The notes under the pieces are model-generated. The model did not search any database and was not told the origin of the DNA. It worked only from the letters and a program-made list of their open reading frames with translations. A program made the position numbers and the translations under genes. 64,000 nt of DNA from positions 64,098 to 128,097 of the forward strand of contig CAYOPZ010000001.1 in NCBI GenBank assembly GCA_964406005.1, in the 5' to 3' direction. The DNA is from an uncultured Bacteroidaceae bacterium (GTDB lineage: Bacteria; Bacteroidota; Bacteroidia; Bacteroidales; SM23-62). Below are positions 44,120 through 53,776 of this stretch, in pieces. Numbering within the stretch: position 1 is the stretch's first letter; the number at the start of each line of letters is the position of its first letter.

Positions 44120-47100
44120 ATGAGTGCAAAAGAGATCAAAGACACCGTCATCAGGAATTTCGGGCTGACGACCCTCGCATTGAGAAACAGGAATACCGTA
44201 TTCCTTCTGGCAATCGTTATCCTGATTTTCGGGGGCATTTCATACCGTATACTCCCCAAAGAACTGTTCCCTGAGATTGTCATACCTACCGTCCTCGTTC
44301 AGACGACCTATTCCGGCAATGCCCCGGTTGATATTGAAAACCTGATTACCAGGCCGCTGGAAAAAGAGATCGAGTCTGTAAACGGGATCAAGGAACTTTC
44401 TTCCACCTCCGCCCAGGATGCTTCCATGATCTTCGTGGAATTCAATACGAACGTGAACATTGACAAAGCACTGTCGGACGTAAAGGATGCCGTTGACAAT
44501 GCCAAGAGTGAACTCCCCAACGACCTGATGTTCGATCCCCTGGTGATGGACATAGACCTGTCTGAATTCCCGATCATAAATATCAACCTTTCCGGGGATT
44601 TCAGCCTCGAGGAATTGAGAAACTATGCAGAATACCTGGAAGATGAAATCGAAGGCATCCCGGAAATATCGAAAGTGGAGATTCAGGGATTGAACGAGAA
44701 AGAGGTTACAATCGATGTCGACCTGTACAAGCTGGAAGCCCTGAATCTGTCGTTTTATGATATACAGAGGGCAATCATTGAAGAGAATGTTTCCATTTCG
44801 GGGGGGGAGATCAAGCTCGGTACGGCCAGGCGTGCGATCCGGACCATGGGAGAGTTCAAATCGCTGGAGGAGATCAGAAACATCATTATCAAGCGGGAGA
44901 ACGGGAAGGTCGTATATCTTAAGGACGTGGCCGATGTAACGGAGGGATACCCCGAACCCGACAGTTATGCAAGGCTGAACAGGCAACCGGTGGTATCCGT
45001 CCAGGTGATAAAGAAATCCGGTGAGAACCTTCTCTCCGCCACAGACCAGATCATTGAAACGGTAGACCGTGCAACGGCATCCGGAAAGATCCCCGCAGAG
45101 ATGAGCCTGACCCTTACAAACGATCAGTCGGATTATGTTCGCGTGCAGCTTAAGAACCTGGAGAACAGTATGATCATGGGTGTAATATTCGTTGTGCTCG
45201 TACTGTTTTATTTCCTGGGCACGAGGAATGCCCTTTTCGTTGGCATTGCCATTCCCATGTCCATGTTCACATCCTTCATAGTGTTCAACCTGATCGGCTA
45301 CAACATCAACATGATCATACTGTTCTCCCTGATCCTTGCCCTGGGCATGCTGGTAGACAACGGGATTGTGGTGGTGGAAAACATTTACCGTTTTGTCAGC
45401 AGGGGCTACAAGCCCTTCGAAGCGGCGCGGCAGGCAGTCGGTGAGATCGCCGTGCCCATCATCACCTCCACCGCCACCACGCTGGCCGCCTTTCTGCCGC
45501 TTGCTTTCTGGGGAGGCATAACGGGGGAATTCATGAAAGAGCTGCCCATTACGCTTATCATCGTGCTCAGCTCATCGCTGTTTGTGGCACTGGTAATCAT
45601 CCCGGTGTTCTCGGCCACGTTTATCCGGGTAGGCGGCTCAAGTTATAACAGTACACCCGATACAAAAAAAGGCTATAAAATTGCGCTGGGGATGATTGCC
45701 CTTTCTATCCCATTCTATATTGCGGGTCTCAATATCATCGCAAACCTGTTAAGTCTCTTCGCCCTTATCGGCATCCTTAACCTTGCCTTTTTCCACAAGG
45801 CGGAACTGTGGTTCCAGAAGGTATTCCTGGTCTGGCTTGACAGGATATACCTGAAAACCCTGAAATACGCATTGCGCGGATTCAACCCTGTGCGGTTCTT
45901 CATCGGGACCATCCTCCTGCTTGGCTTTACCATGTTCCTGTTTGCGGTAAGGGCGCCGGAAGTCAATTTCTTCCCTGTAAATGCCCCGAATTACATAAAT
46001 GTCGTCGCCGAATTACCCATAGGCACGGACATCACGGAGACCGACAGGTTCATGCGCGAGCAGCTTGAAGAAGACATTTTCAGGATACTGGAACCCTACA
46101 GGGATATTGTCGAATCGGTGCTTACGACGGTGGGCCAGGGAGGAGACGAGGACCTCAGCAACCTCAGCGTCGGGGGAACCCCCAACAAGGCAGCCTCCAC
46201 CATTACCTTCGTGGATTATGAATACCGCCGGGGAATCGATACAAGAAAGATCATGCGCGAGATCAGCGAGGCCCTTATTGGCGCCTACCCCGGCGTCCAG
46301 CTTTCCATTGAAAAGGACGAAATGGGACCGCCGGCAGGAGAAGCCATCAGCATCGAGATCACCGGAGAGGATTTCAACGAGCTTATGTATCTTGCGGATT
46401 CCATGATGGATTTTATTGACATGGCTGGCATAGACGGGATAGAGGGATTGAAAAGCAACCTGACAATGGGCAAGCCGGAGCTTCTTGTAAATATTGACAG
46501 AGAGAAGGCCAGCAGTTACGGTGTCTCCACCACCCAGATCGCCAATACGATCCGGACCGCCCTGTTCGGACAGGAGATCTCCGATTTCAAGGTCGGCGAG
46601 GATGAATATCCCATCTGGTTGCGGCTCCAGGAAAAATACAGGTACAACGTGCCCTCCCTGATGAACCAGAAGATCATCTTCAATGAGGAAGGAAGGGATA
46701 TCGCGGTGCCTATCTCGTCAGTGGCGGACATCAGCTACAGCACAACATACGGTTCCGTAAGAAGGAAGGATCTGGAGCGGGTCATAACCATTTACTCCAA
46801 TGTAATAGAAGGTTATAATGCGACAAGGATCAATGACAATATAGCCAGTGTTCTCCATGATTTCGAGCTGCCCGAAGGATATACCTACGCATTTACAGGC
46901 GAACAGGAGGAGCAGGAGGAAACCATGGCATTTCTCGGCAGGGCGATGATGATCGCACTGGCCCTTATCCTGCTGATCCTGGTGACACAGTTCAATTCCG
47001 TTGTCCGGCCGCTCATCATTCTTGCCAGTGTGGTTTTCAGCACCATAGGCGTATTCGGTGGGATTTCCACCTTTAAAATGGATTTCATCGTGGTGATGAC

Positions 47101-47575
47101 CGGCATAGGTATCGTATCCCTGGCAGGTATTGTGGTGAATAACGCCATCGTGCTGGTCGACTATATCGAATTGCTCAAGGCGCGCAAGCGTAAGGAACTC
47201 GGTCTTGAGGAAGGGGCCGTTCTCCCGCTCAACGCGGCCACCGAATGTATCATACAGGGAGGCAGGACAAGGCTGCGCCCCGTTCTTCTGACAGCCATTA
47301 CCACGGTGCTCGGGCTGCTTCCGCTTGCCGTGGGACTCAACATAGACTTCGAAGGATTTTTCTCGCACTTTGCACCGAACATTTACTTCGGCGGGCCGCA
47401 GGTAATTTTCTGGGGACCCATGGCCTGGACTGTGATTTTCGGGCTGACTTTTTCAACTTTCCTTACCCTTGTCATTGTACCTGTTATGTACAGGCTTACC
47501 ACGGTGATACAAGACAGATTAACCCATCTTTTCTTGTTCCGTAAAAACAATTCCCATCCGGCTTCCACCGGATAA
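44120..47575 (+). CDS. Efflux RND permease (AcrB/HAE1-like), 1151 aa
   Basis: It shows 12-TM RND topology and typical motifs (GMLVDNGIVVVENI, VNNAIVLVDYI). Confidence 0.9.
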   Translation: MSAKEIKDTVIRNFGLTTLALRNRNTVFLLAIVILIFGGISYRILPKELFPEIVIPTVLVQTTYSGNAPVDIENLITRPLEKEIESVNGIKELSSTSAQDASMIFVEFNTNVNIDKALSDVKDAVDNAKSELPNDLMFDPLVMDIDLSEFPIININLSGDFSLEELRNYAEYLEDEIEGIPEISKVEIQGLNEKEVTIDVDLYKLEALNLSFYDIQRAIIEENVSISGGEIKLGTARRAIRTMGEFKSLEEIRNIIIKRENGKVVYLKDVADVTEGYPEPDSYARLNRQPVVSVQVIKKSGENLLSATDQIIETVDRATASGKIPAEMSLTLTNDQSDYVRVQLKNLENSMIMGVIFVVLVLFYFLGTRNALFVGIAIPMSMFTSFIVFNLIGYNINMIILFSLILALGMLVDNGIVVVENIYRFVSRGYKPFEAARQAVGEIAVPIITSTATTLAAFLPLAFWGGITGEFMKELPITLIIVLSSSLFVALVIIPVFSATFIRVGGSSYNSTPDTKKGYKIALGMIALSIPFYIAGLNIIANLLSLFALIGILNLAFFHKAELWFQKVFLVWLDRIYLKTLKYALRGFNPVRFFIGTILLLGFTMFLFAVRAPEVNFFPVNAPNYINVVAELPIGTDITETDRFMREQLEEDIFRILEPYRDIVESVLTTVGQGGDEDLSNLSVGGTPNKAASTITFVDYEYRRGIDTRKIMREISEALIGAYPGVQLSIEKDEMGPPAGEAISIEITGEDFNELMYLADSMMDFIDMAGIDGIEGLKSNLTMGKPELLVNIDREKASSYGVSTTQIANTIRTALFGQEISDFKVGEDEYPIWLRLQEKYRYNVPSLMNQKIIFNEEGRDIAVPISSVADISYSTTYGSVRRKDLERVITIYSNVIEGYNATRINDNIASVLHDFELPEGYTYAFTGEQEEQEETMAFLGRAMMIALALILLILVTQFNSVVRPLIILASVVFSTIGVFGGISTFKMDFIVVMTGIGIVSLAGIVVNNAIVLVDYIELLKARKRKELGLEEGAVLPLNAATECIIQGGRTRLRPVLLTAITTVLGLLPLAVGLNIDFEGFFSHFAPNIYFGGPQVIFWGPMAWTVIFGLTFSTFLTLVIVPVMYRLTTVIQDRLTHLFLFRKNNSHPASTG

Positions 47576-47620
47576 AAACTTTGCGCTCCGTCTCCGGGCG
47601 GGGCGCAAAGTTTATTATAT
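47576..47620 (+). terminator. Rho-independent-terminator-like hairpin after the RND operon
   Basis: An 11-bp perfect stem AAACTTTGCGC (47576-47586) / GCGCAAAGTTT (47603-47613) has a 16-nt loop and is followed by ATTATATTT. Confidence 0.5.
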
Positions 47621-47627
47621 TTAGGGT

Positions 47628-47933
47628 ATGCAAAAAACGCTGCTGGTCATTCTGCTGTTTGCCATCCTGATCGTCATTTTTGCACTTCAGAACAGCGCCG
47701 AAGTGGTGATCAATCTGTGGTTCTGGAGCATTAACATATCCCTTGCCCTGATCGTGATCCTGGCATTCGCCCTGGGAGCCCTTGTGGGAATTCTTTTTTC
47801 CATTCCGCAAAGGCGAAGGAAAAAATCCCTCTCCCCGGTCCGGGATTCCAATGAGGCGACAGGCGAAGAAAATATGTCTGCAGGCGAAGCAGATGACGGG
47901 GACCCAGAATTTGAAGATCTCACCGAACCCTGA
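47628..47933 (+). CDS. LapA-domain (DUF1049) small membrane protein
   Basis: It has two TM helices (LLVILLFAILIVIFALQN ... LALIVILAFALGALVGILF) and an acidic tail. Confidence 0.6.
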   Translation: MQKTLLVILLFAILIVIFALQNSAEVVINLWFWSINISLALIVILAFALGALVGILFSIPQRRRKKSLSPVRDSNEATGEENMSAGEADDGDPEFEDLTEP

Positions 47934-48342
47934 TCCTTTTCAGGTTTCTCTCATCCATGGGATAACCGAGCCGTTCCCATTCTTCGAGGCCCCCTTCCAG
48001 ATTATAGACCCTGGCAAATCCCCCGTCGGTCAGGAACTCGCATGCAACCGGACTCCTGTAATCATTGGAACAATATGTAAAAACAGGTTGTTCGTGGTCG
48101 CAGGTATCCAGGATCTCTTCGAGGCTCTGTATATCGGGAGCCAGGAGTGCCTCCGGTATCCGTTCTTTCCGGTATTCTTCATAGGTACGCGTATCCAGCA
48201 ACAGCGGATTTTCTGCCTGGTGCAGACGGATGAAAAATTCCTCAGCCGGAAGATGTATGCAATTTAACACCTTATCCGGCTGTGCAGCCGGCTTTATACC
48301 GGCAAACAACGGAAACAGAACCAGTAAAAACCAGGTTTTCAT
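47920..48342 (-). CDS. Secreted rhodanese-like domain protein
   Basis: It has a signal peptide, the active-site loop YCSNDYRS, and a C-terminal GGLEEW. Confidence 0.75.
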   Translation of the reverse strand: MKTWFLLVLFPLFAGIKPAAQPDKVLNCIHLPAEEFFIRLHQAENPLLLDTRTYEEYRKERIPEALLAPDIQSLEEILDTCDHEQPVFTYCSNDYRSPVACEFLTDGGFARVYNLEGGLEEWERLGYPMDERNLKRIRVR

Positions 48343-48444
48343 TTTCTGCGGCTTCGGTTTGCCGTATTTGTCCTGATCAAAGTTAAACTTTTTCAGGTCA
48401 GATGATATTCATGCCACAATTACATAAAGGTGTAAAAAACGGGT

Positions 48445-49137
48445 TTGAGCTGCACCGGCGATTTTCTGAACCTGTTGTTCCCCAGGTTGTGTCCGGCATG
48501 CGAAAATGTGCTGCTGAAAAACGAAGGGCTTATGTGTACTGCCTGTACATTCGGCCTGCCCAGAACCCGTTTCCGCAGTTACCGGGACAATGCCGTGGCC
48601 AGGTTGTTCCAGGGAAGGGTGACGATCGAAAATGCAACTGCGTATTTCCATTACCAGAAGGGCAGCAGGTACCGTAAGCTGATCCACGACCTTAAGTACA
48701 AAGGCCGGAAGGACATCGGCAGGGAGCTGGGAAGGATCATGGGGCTGGAGCTGCTGGACTCGCCCTATGCCGGTGTGAACCTGATCCTGCCCGTGCCATT
48801 GCATCCTGCAAGGCTCCGGCAGAGGGGCTACAACCAGTGTGATTCCATTGCAGAAGGGCTGTCCCGGAGCCTGGGGATCCCGCATTGCGATAACCTGCTG
48901 GTAAGATCACGTCAGTCCGGTCCCCAGACAGGCAAATCCCGTTACCAGCGACGGGAAAATGCAGAACCCGGATTCGGCGTTAAAATGCCCCCCGGGCTTG
49001 AAAACATGCATATCCTTCTGGTTGATGACGTCGTCACCACAGGGGCAACACTCGGTGCCTGTGCCACGGCCGTACTGAATGTGCCCGGAACAAGGGTCAG
49101 CGTTGCCGCACTGGCCTATACAGGAAAGCTGTTCTGA
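48445..49137 (+). CDS. comF: ComF-family phosphoribosyltransferase-domain protein
   Basis: It has a TTG start, the LLFPRLCPAC...CTAC zinc-finger-like N-terminus, and the PRTase motif LLVDDVVTTGATL. Confidence 0.75.
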   Translation: MSCTGDFLNLLFPRLCPACENVLLKNEGLMCTACTFGLPRTRFRSYRDNAVARLFQGRVTIENATAYFHYQKGSRYRKLIHDLKYKGRKDIGRELGRIMGLELLDSPYAGVNLILPVPLHPARLRQRGYNQCDSIAEGLSRSLGIPHCDNLLVRSRQSGPQTGKSRYQRRENAEPGFGVKMPPGLENMHILLVDDVVTTGATLGACATAVLNVPGTRVSVAALAYTGKLF

Positions 49138-49142
49138 ACGGA

Positions 49143-51086
49143 TTACTTCAGGACCACCCAGCCTCTTTCCCTGGAAATGGTCTTGATCAGGGAAGAAATG
49201 GTAATATACTGCTGCATCAGTGGATTCACCGCTTCGATACTGTCATCGCCGGTCTGGATCTCACGGATCTGCTCTTCTTTTTCACGCTGGGCCATTTCGA
49301 GGATCTTGCGCTTGTACTCTACAAGCGCCTTGGGCACGTTCTTTTTCAGGAGCATGTCTTCGGTTTCCACCATGGCTCCCTTGCGCTTGTGAACCTTGCT
49401 GAGGCTGTAGGGTGAGCTCAGCAGGTCAACGGCCAGCCTGCTGATGTCAGGATCATCATGGTTTACAAAATGCTTTATCTCTATCACTTCTCCTTTCTGC
49501 AGAAGGTTGTTTACCTCCTCAAAAATTTTCCGGTAGAGCAGGTTCCTGAATTCAAGTTCATCATTCAGGATCTCATTGACTATATACTCTGCGACCGAAA
49601 TGTATTCGAGCCCGGAGTGTTCGTCCTGGATCTCGAACAATCTTTCGTTGCCGTACTGGAGAAGGAAACGGACCAGTATCTTTTCCTGTTCCTCGCTGTA
49701 CACCTCCCCGATGAATGATGGAAGGGGAGTGGATTGAAGCCGTACTTCTTCCTGCCTGGTTATTTTACTGTACCGTTCTTCGGCTTTCTTTTTTCTCAGC
49801 CTGTACACCTGGGAGTAAAGAATCCTTTCCTCCGTATCGAGCATTTTCGCACATTCCTTTATATAAACGGAGCGTGTAACCGTATCGGGAATCACCGATA
49901 TGGAACGGATCACATCATTGATCAGGCCTGCCTTCCGAACGGGATCACGGCCCGACTCCTCAAGCAGCAGGCGGGTCTTGAAGGAAATGAAATCCTTTTC
50001 ATTCCCTTTTATATATTCAGCAAATTCGGTAGCGCTCATCTTTTTCGACCATGAATCCGGATCTTCCCCTTCCGGCAGGGGGATCACCCTGATGTTAAGA
50101 CCCTCTTCCAGGATCATGTCTATGCCTCTTAACGAGGCTTTTACACCCGCCTCATCCCCGTCATAAATAATGGTTATGTTATTGGTGAAGCGCCTGATCA
50201 GCCTTATCTGCTCGGTTGTCAATGCAGTACCCGATGAAGATACCACATTTTCCACCCCTGCCTGGTGCAGGCCGAGTACATCGGTATATCCTTCAACCAG
50301 GTAACATTTATCCTGCTTCACAATGGCCGACTTGGCAAAATACAATCCGTAAAGTACTCTGCCCTTCTGGTAGATTTCCGATTCGGGTGAATTCAGGTAT
50401 TTTGCCATCCTGTCATCCGACCTGATGATCCTTCCCCCGAATCCGGCCACACTGCCGGTCAATCCGTGAATGGGAAAAATGATCCGCCCGTGAAACCGGT
50501 CGCTCCGGTAATTGTCCTTCTGGATCGTCAGGCCCGTTTTCTCAAGGTATTCCGTCTTATAACCCTCTTTCAACGCGGCCTTTGTAAACGCGTCCTTCTG
50601 CCCGGGGCTGTAACCCAGCTGGAATTTACGGATCACCTCTTCCCTGAATCCCCGTTCCCTGAAATAAGCCATCCCTATGGATTGCCCTTCGGGCGTGTTC
50701 TGAAGGATACCGGTGAAGTACTTCTGGGCAAAGGCCGTCAGTATCAACAGGCTTTCCCGTTCGTTTTTCTGCTGTATCTCCTCCGGACTGGGCTCCTTCT
50801 CGACAATCTCGATACCGTACTTTTTTGCCAGGTACCTCAGGGCCTCCGGATAGGTCAGCCGTTCATGCTCCATCAGAAAACCAACCACATTCCCTCCCTT
50901 GCCCGAACTGAAATCCTTGTAAATACCCTTTGCAGGGGAAACAAAAAAGGAGGGTGTCTTTTCGTTGGTAAAGGGGCTGAGTCCTTTGTAGTTCTGTCCC
51001 GATTTTTTCAGTGTGACAAAATCGGAGATCACCTCGACAATGTCTGCCGTTTCAAAAATCCGGTCTATGGTTTCCCTGTCGATCAT
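49143..51086 (-). CDS. dnaG: DNA primase
   Basis: 647 aa. It has a TOPRIM core (LVEGYTDV, IIYDGDEAG) and an N-terminal zinc-binding-domain homolog in which the Cys/His ligands are replaced (see findings). Confidence 0.9.
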   Translation of the reverse strand: MIDRETIDRIFETADIVEVISDFVTLKKSGQNYKGLSPFTNEKTPSFFVSPAKGIYKDFSSGKGGNVVGFLMEHERLTYPEALRYLAKKYGIEIVEKEPSPEEIQQKNERESLLILTAFAQKYFTGILQNTPEGQSIGMAYFRERGFREEVIRKFQLGYSPGQKDAFTKAALKEGYKTEYLEKTGLTIQKDNYRSDRFHGRIIFPIHGLTGSVAGFGGRIIRSDDRMAKYLNSPESEIYQKGRVLYGLYFAKSAIVKQDKCYLVEGYTDVLGLHQAGVENVVSSSGTALTTEQIRLIRRFTNNITIIYDGDEAGVKASLRGIDMILEEGLNIRVIPLPEGEDPDSWSKKMSATEFAEYIKGNEKDFISFKTRLLLEESGRDPVRKAGLINDVIRSISVIPDTVTRSVYIKECAKMLDTEERILYSQVYRLRKKKAEERYSKITRQEEVRLQSTPLPSFIGEVYSEEQEKILVRFLLQYGNERLFEIQDEHSGLEYISVAEYIVNEILNDELEFRNLLYRKIFEEVNNLLQKGEVIEIKHFVNHDDPDISRLAVDLLSSPYSLSKVHKRKGAMVETEDMLLKKNVPKALVEYKRKILEMAQREKEEQIREIQTGDDSIEAVNPLMQQYITISSLIKTISRERGWVVLK

Positions 51087-51199
51087 ACTGCTAAATTACT
51101 AAACTTTGGCCATCTTTAACTCCGGTTCCCGGGTCATGAAAAGCCGTGCTTTTTTTTTAACTTGGGAAATCATATCCCGGCATCCTTACTCGAGAGAAT

Positions 51200-51886
51200 A
51201 TGAAAAAACTGGTGGTTCTGACCGGTTCCGGAATAAGCGCTGAAAGCGGGATCAAAACCTTCCGTGAGATGGGGGGATTGTGGGAACAATACGACGTTCA
51301 CGAAGTAGCCAGTCCGCAGGGATGGGCCGAAAACATGGACCTTGTTCTCAGGTTTTATAATGAACGCAGGAAAAAACTTCTGGAGGCGGAGCCCAATCCC
51401 GGTCACACCGGCCTGGCCGGACTGGAAAAGCACTTTGATGTGCAGATCATCACCCAGAATGTCGACAACCTTCATGAAAGGGCGGGGAGTACCAGCGTCC
51501 TTCACCTGCACGGAGAGCTTATGAAGGCGCGCAGCACAAACGATCCCTCGCTGATATATGAACTTGACGGGTGGGAACTGAAACGGGGGGATACCTGTGA
51601 AAAAGGCTACCAGCTCCGTCCCCATGTCGTCTGGTTCGGGGAGCCCGTACCGCTGATCGAAACCGCCATTGAAATTACCCGCAGCGCGGATGTTTTTGCC
51701 GTTATCGGCACCTCCCTGGTGGTCTATCCGGCAGCCGGATTGATCGACCACGTCCCTGAAAACGCCCCGATCTACCTGGTCGATCCCAACGATATTCCCG
51801 TTCCCCTGTACAGGAAGGTTGAGATAATAAAGGAAAAAGCCGGAACAGGCGTGGGTATTCTCAGAGAAAAACTGCTCGGTGATTGA
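51200..51886 (+). CDS. cobB: NAD-dependent protein deacylase (Sir2/CobB family)
   Basis: It has TGSGISAESGI, ITQNVDNLHE, HGEL and IGTSLVVYPAA. Confidence 0.85.
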   Translation: MKKLVVLTGSGISAESGIKTFREMGGLWEQYDVHEVASPQGWAENMDLVLRFYNERRKKLLEAEPNPGHTGLAGLEKHFDVQIITQNVDNLHERAGSTSVLHLHGELMKARSTNDPSLIYELDGWELKRGDTCEKGYQLRPHVVWFGEPVPLIETAIEITRSADVFAVIGTSLVVYPAAGLIDHVPENAPIYLVDPNDIPVPLYRKVEIIKEKAGTGVGILREKLLGD

Positions 51887-51892
51887 ACCATC

Positions 51893-53422
51893 TCAGAAGC
51901 TGATCCTGTAAAATGAAAGTTCCCTGAACCTCAGTGACGGGATGACCATCTCGTCATCCAGAGGGTCGTACCAGGCCAGGGGCACGGGTGTCTTCATTCT
52001 CCTTTTTGTCTTGCGGTAAAGTATGGCGCTTGTCATTTCGCCGGAAGGTCCGATTCCAACGGATTTCAGGGCAACCTTGTTGGTATAGTTGAAGGGACGG
52101 ACCTTTTCCTCTGCCGGCCAGGCCCCGTTTTTCAGATTGTCGTTATAAACAATCTCGACCTGGTTCTCATACCATGGTGCATGTACTGCATAAGAGCAGT
52201 AATTGTAACCGTATTTGGGGTCGTAGTTCTGCCTTTTTACAATGTTTCTCTTCCAGTTCAGGTTCCCGCCCGGGCTGAAGCTTGCCACCATAATATTCAT
52301 GTAGGTATTGTAGGTCTGGTCATACTGGTTTTCCGCAAGCATGATCATGTCTCCGTTGTCCCTGAGGATCAAATGATTCATATGGAAACCGTACATTTCT
52401 TCCAGCTCTTTTTTCCCTTCCAGGTTCATAACCTCATTCAGAAAATAAGGCTCGAGTTCGTTAAAACGGATATTTTCGAACCGGTTTTCCCGGTTGTTGA
52501 CCTCGAAATACACAATCCCTTCGATGGCATAACGGTTATGACTCGGAGAATAAAACCCCACGCAGCTCAGATCATGGTCCCTGCCCGGCTCTATCTGCAT
52601 GTCTCTGATATACAGATTCGGGAAATCCACAGGGTACTGGTTTACCGTCCTGCCGCTGTCGGTGAGCGCCATAAGGAAATACCTGTTTTTCATTTCCCCG
52701 AACAGGCTTAAAATGTTCTGGGCATCCTTCAGGCTCATTATGAAAACATCCCCCTTGTCATTTACTTTCACGATGGATTCCCTGGGAGCCCTTTTCTCGT
52801 AAATGATTCTTTCATCCCTTTCCCATTCCAGAGAAAGATCCTTCCCGTACATCTGAAAATGCAGGTCCTGTATATTCTTGCTGTAAACATCCTGCTGACT
52901 GTAAACGAGAAGCCTGTCTTCCTTCCTCGAGAGCTTGAAATTGAATTCAGCGAACCAGCCTTTGAAATGTGGGATTTCCATCACCTTGCGCTCATCGTCC
53001 AGTTGCCGGAGATTGCTTTTATCGATGGTTTGCACATACAGGATTTCCCTGTTAAACCTCAATTCGGAAGTGAACAAATAGATCCTGTCGCAGAAGTAGA
53101 AAATGGCTTCCAGGTCCCTTTCGCGAAGGCCCCGGTGAAGGATTAAATAATTGTCGTCGGTGGAGTGAAAATCATTGTCATAGTGTTCCAGGTAATACCG
53201 GTGGTCCATGCCCAGTGCATAATAACCTGTCTCATCCCGACCGAAAATCTGTGGAATCTCACGGGAAGTGGGTATGACCATCTCTTCGCCCTGTTCCAGG
53301 GTGATATCCTCATTTTGTTCCCGGAAGATCTGTTCTCCGGTGCCCTGCCCGCAGATTGAAAGCACTCCGGTCAAAATAAAAATATGTAAATACAGGATTC
53401 TTAACACCGGTGATTTTTCCAC
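51893..53422 (-). CDS. Secreted hypothetical protein (509 aa), no recognisable domain
   Basis: The long ORF has a GTG start and a signal-peptide-like N-terminus (LRILYLHIFILTGVLSICG). It is rich in Tyr, Asn and Arg. I recognise no family. Confidence 0.5.
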   Translation of the reverse strand: MEKSPVLRILYLHIFILTGVLSICGQGTGEQIFREQNEDITLEQGEEMVIPTSREIPQIFGRDETGYYALGMDHRYYLEHYDNDFHSTDDNYLILHRGLRERDLEAIFYFCDRIYLFTSELRFNREILYVQTIDKSNLRQLDDERKVMEIPHFKGWFAEFNFKLSRKEDRLLVYSQQDVYSKNIQDLHFQMYGKDLSLEWERDERIIYEKRAPRESIVKVNDKGDVFIMSLKDAQNILSLFGEMKNRYFLMALTDSGRTVNQYPVDFPNLYIRDMQIEPGRDHDLSCVGFYSPSHNRYAIEGIVYFEVNNRENRFENIRFNELEPYFLNEVMNLEGKKELEEMYGFHMNHLILRDNGDMIMLAENQYDQTYNTYMNIMVASFSPGGNLNWKRNIVKRQNYDPKYGYNYCSYAVHAPWYENQVEIVYNDNLKNGAWPAEEKVRPFNYTNKVALKSVGIGPSGEMTSAILYRKTKRRMKTPVPLAWYDPLDDEMVIPSLRFRELSFYRISF

Positions 53423-53503
53423 AAAAATAATGCCTCCGTCCCAATATTACACGTAATTGTCAGGGTAAGTTCTTCCGCCCGGCATAAAGAAACAGGCAAA
53501 CCC

Positions 53504-53534
53504 TTGAAAAATAATCCCTAATTCCTTAATATTG
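53504..53534 (+). promoter_or_regulatory. Candidate Bacteroidota-type promoter for the tRNA
   Basis: TTG at 53504-53506 and TAATATTG at 53527-53534 (compare the TAnnTTTG -7 consensus) lie 17 nt upstream of the tRNA 5' end. Confidence 0.25.
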
Positions 53535-53551
53535 CACTCCGGTACTGCCCC

Positions 53552-53628
53552 GGGCCCATAGCTCAGTCGGTCAGAGCATCTGACTCATAATCAGGGGGTC
53601 GCTGGTTCGAGCCCAGCTGGGCCCACCA
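53552..53628 (+). tRNA. tRNA with anticodon CAT: elongator Met or, more likely, Ile2 (lysidine-modified), with encoded CCA
   Basis: It folds as a cloverleaf. The acceptor stem is GGGCCCA/TGGGCCC, the D arm is AGCTCAGTCGGTCAGAGC, the anticodon loop is CTCATAA and the T arm is CTGGTTCGAGCCCAG. The variable and T region resemble E. coli ileX as I remember it. Confidence 0.9.
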
Positions 53629-53629
53629 T

Positions 53630-53653
53630 AACAGCCTCAGGGCTGTTTTTTTA
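53630..53653 (+). terminator. Rho-independent terminator after the tRNA
   Basis: A 7-bp stem AACAGCC (53630-53636) / GGCTGTT (53641-53647) has a 4-nt loop and runs into a T tract. Confidence 0.6.
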
Positions 53654-53696
53654 TTCACGCTGGGCTCGAAGCTGCCCTGCAACCTGGCCCCTCCCT

Positions 53697-53719
53697 GAAA
53701 TGATCCACAGGATCATTTC
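53697..53719. repeat. Perfect 10-bp inverted repeat with a 3-nt loop
   Basis: GAAATGATCC (53697-53706), ACA, GGATCATTTC (53710-53719). Confidence 0.8.
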
Positions 53720-53734
53720 TTTACGGTCGGTCCT

Positions 53735-53752
53735 GAGCCCAGCTGGGCCCAC
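53735..53752 (+). repeat. Exact 18-bp direct repeat of the tRNA 3' end (att-like)
   Basis: GAGCCCAGCTGGGCCCAC occurs at 53609-53626, inside the tRNA, and again at 53735-53752. Confidence 0.85.
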
Positions 53753-53776
53753 ATATGATAACCGTCCACTTGGACT

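Noticed and set aside
51200-51886. The Sir2-family gene, considered as an anti-phage effector (Thoeris, DSR or a prokaryotic Argonaute-associated SIR2).
   Set aside because: It is short (228 aa) and has CobB-like catalytic motifs throughout. It has no fused or adjacent sensor (no TIR, no long N- or C-terminal domain) and sits among housekeeping genes (dnaG, comF). It does appear to lack most zinc-ribbon cysteines, which I take as a lineage feature.
53552-53628. Initiator tRNA-fMet assignment for the CAT-anticodon tRNA.
   Set aside because: Positions 1-72 form a normal G-C pair. The anticodon stem (CTGA/TCAG next to the loop) lacks the three consecutive G-C pairs typical of bacterial initiators. 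The tRNA is therefore elongator Met or Ile2.
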